A stretch of 64,000 nucleotides of DNA from Flavobacteriales bacterium (GTDB lineage Bacteria; Bacteroidota; Bacteroidia; Flavobacteriales_F; PHOS-HE28), in the NCBI GenBank assembly GCA_020635675.1, contig JACJZJ010000002.1:541750-605749 (forward strand), in the 5' to 3' direction. A model generated the notes under the pieces. The model did not search any database, was not told the origin of the DNA, and saw only the letters and a list, made by a program, of their open reading frames with translations. This document shows, piece after piece, positions 62,625 to 64,000 of the stretch. How positions within the stretch are numbered: position 1 is the stretch's first letter; every line of letters begins with the position of its first letter. The position numbers and the translations under genes are program-made.

Positions 62625-64000
62625 ATGTACCGATCGCGAACGAACATCGGAACACGGGTCTGGCTCGCAGGAGGCCTGTTGGCCGTGACGTTGATCTCCG
62701 GCCTGGGTTGCACCACAAGGCAGGACCTTGCCAAGCCCAACCCTGAAGGGAAGGACCTGCGCTGGGTCCGTGTCGATAGTCTGGTCGCGAAGGGCCTTTG
62801 CGTGAGCGCTGTGGCGGTGATCGATGGGATCCGGAACGATGCGCAGCGGTCGGGTGACTGGCGGGAGGAGTTCCATGCCTGGATGGCGCATGACCGCTGG
62901 TCGGAATATACCGGTGTGGAGCGGGAAAAGTTGATCCAGGAACTGGAGGCGCGCGAAGGTGAATTGAAAGGATCGGATGACGCGATCCTCCGGTCGCTGC
63001 TCCAAAGCGTCATCGCCGAGATCTATTGGTCTGTGTATCAGCAGCAGCGCTGGCGGATCTTGGAGCGCACGAACACCGCAGGTGATCCGCACGACATGGA
63101 CACCTGGGGCCAGCGGGTCTTCATGGAACATGTGATCGATGCCTTCCATGCATCGCTCGAAGCGCGGGACACGTTGATCACTTTTCCCGCAGGGGACCTC
63201 GGCCCGTTGCTGATCATTCCAGGCGATACCGCACGGGGCGCCCGCCTGGCCGCCATCGGCTTACGTCCCACGCTGTATGATGTGCTGGCCCACCGCGCGC
63301 TCGATGTCTTCCTCAACACCGAGACACGTCTCGCGGAACCCGCGTCGAACTATCGTGTGGTCTCATCACAGGCGTTCGACCTGTACGATGACTTCGCCAG
63401 GCGCCCCCTGCGGCATCCGGACAGCACCGCTTGGGAGTTCCAGGCCATGCGTCTCTTCAAGGACCTGACGCGTCTCCACCTTTCCGACGATGGTCCCGAC
63501 GCACTTGTCGACCTTGACCTGAAGCGACTGGCATGGGTGCGCCAACGCAGCACGCGCCAGGACCGGGACAGCCTCTACCTGCAAGCCCTGGAAAGGATGC
63601 GCACGCGGTTGCCGCACGACAGCGCCTGGGCACGGGTCACCCACGCCCTCGCGGAGTGGCACGCCGAGGCGGGCAACAACTACCAGCGTCTCGCGGATGA
63701 TGATTGGAAATGGGAGAAGCGTACGGCCGTGGCCCTCTGCGACAGTGTGATCGCACGGTGGCCGGCGAGCTCGGGAGCACGGGATTGCATCGCGCTGCGG
63801 GCCCGACTCCGTGCACCGGCGCTCTCGGTGCGAAGCGAAGAAGCCCAGGCCCCGGAAGACCCCTTCAAGGTTTCGGTGAATTACACGAATTGCGACACGC
63901 TTTGGTGGCGGATCCTCGAACGCCCCATCGCCAGCGATGGGGACCCTGGCATCGACCAGAACGAAGCGGAACAACTCCTGAAGCAACGTCCGCTGCGTTC
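62625..64000 (+). CDS. Large lipoprotein, N-terminal helical region of a Bacteroidota alpha-2-macroglobulin-family protein (3' end off window)
   Basis: Hand-translated from the ATG at 62625 with no stop up to the window end; it is absent from the track because it is open at the edge. Lipobox LLAVTLISGLGC. IAEIYWSVYQQQRWRILERTNT..DMDTWG and GLRPTLYDVLAHRALDVFLNTE resemble the conserved N-terminus of bacterial A2M-like proteins. Confidence 0.65.
   Translation, partial: MYRSRTNIGTRVWLAGGLLAVTLISGLGCTTRQDLAKPNPEGKDLRWVRVDSLVAKGLCVSAVAVIDGIRNDAQRSGDWREEFHAWMAHDRWSEYTGVEREKLIQELEAREGELKGSDDAILRSLLQSVIAEIYWSVYQQQRWRILERTNTAGDPHDMDTWGQRVFMEHVIDAFHASLEARDTLITFPAGDLGPLLIIPGDTARGARLAAIGLRPTLYDVLAHRALDVFLNTETRLAEPASNYRVVSSQAFDLYDDFARRPLRHPDSTAWEFQAMRLFKDLTRLHLSDDGPDALVDLDLKRLAWVRQRSTRQDRDSLYLQALERMRTRLPHDSAWARVTHALAEWHAEAGNNYQRLADDDWKWEKRTAVALCDSVIARWPASSGARDCIALRARLRAPALSVRSEEAQAPEDPFKVSVNYTNCDTLWWRILERPIASDGDPGIDQNEAEQLLKQRPLR

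Noticed and set aside
62286-63986. Minus-strand ORFs 62286..63149 (287 aa) and 63366..63986 (206 aa).
   Set aside because: They overlap the hand-verified plus-strand lipoprotein ORF (62625 to the window end), which has a lipobox and conserved A2M-like N-terminal motifs. The minus-strand products look like antisense noise.

Overview
This is a GC-rich chromosome segment that looks Bacteroidota-like. The evidence is type-A and type-B T9SS sorting domains, a PorP/SprF gene, PorZ-like and PorW/SprE-like proteins, DUF4837/DUF4292-type lipoproteins, a bacterial GH3 protein, and an atpBEFHAG operon lacking atpDC. I can support about 50 CDS, one tRNA-Cys(GCA) with a clear intrinsic terminator, and a few sigma-A -7-like promoter boxes. 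Two CDS run off the window edges and are missing from the ORF track; I confirmed both by hand. Most genes are housekeeping: gltX, folB, recO, ptrB, gatA, tatA, dut, dxr, rseP, tsaC and the ATP synthase genes. The stand-out locus is a 12.2-kb gene (25835..38041) for a ~4068-aa secreted protein. It has about 38 tandem 88-aa Cys-pair repeats, two PKD domains and a gliding-motility type-B T9SS C-terminal domain. It is translationally coupled (ATGA) to its own PorP/SprF-like gene and sits divergent from an orphan ~12-TM sensor histidine kinase. Inside the array, a 792-bp three-repeat unit occurs three times in tandem and includes a 173-bp perfect duplicate. I see no CRISPR array, transposase, integrase, phage gene or recognisable defence or toxin module. 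I cannot honestly claim a wholly new multi-gene system here. The best novelty candidates are the repeat architecture of the giant adhesin and its possible link to the kinase, candidate leaderless promoters, a 53-aa basic ORF missed by the track, and a G10 tract at a divergent start region. The many long ORFs antisense to conserved genes are treated as GC-driven artefacts. All family assignments rest on motif recognition by eye; no database search was possible.
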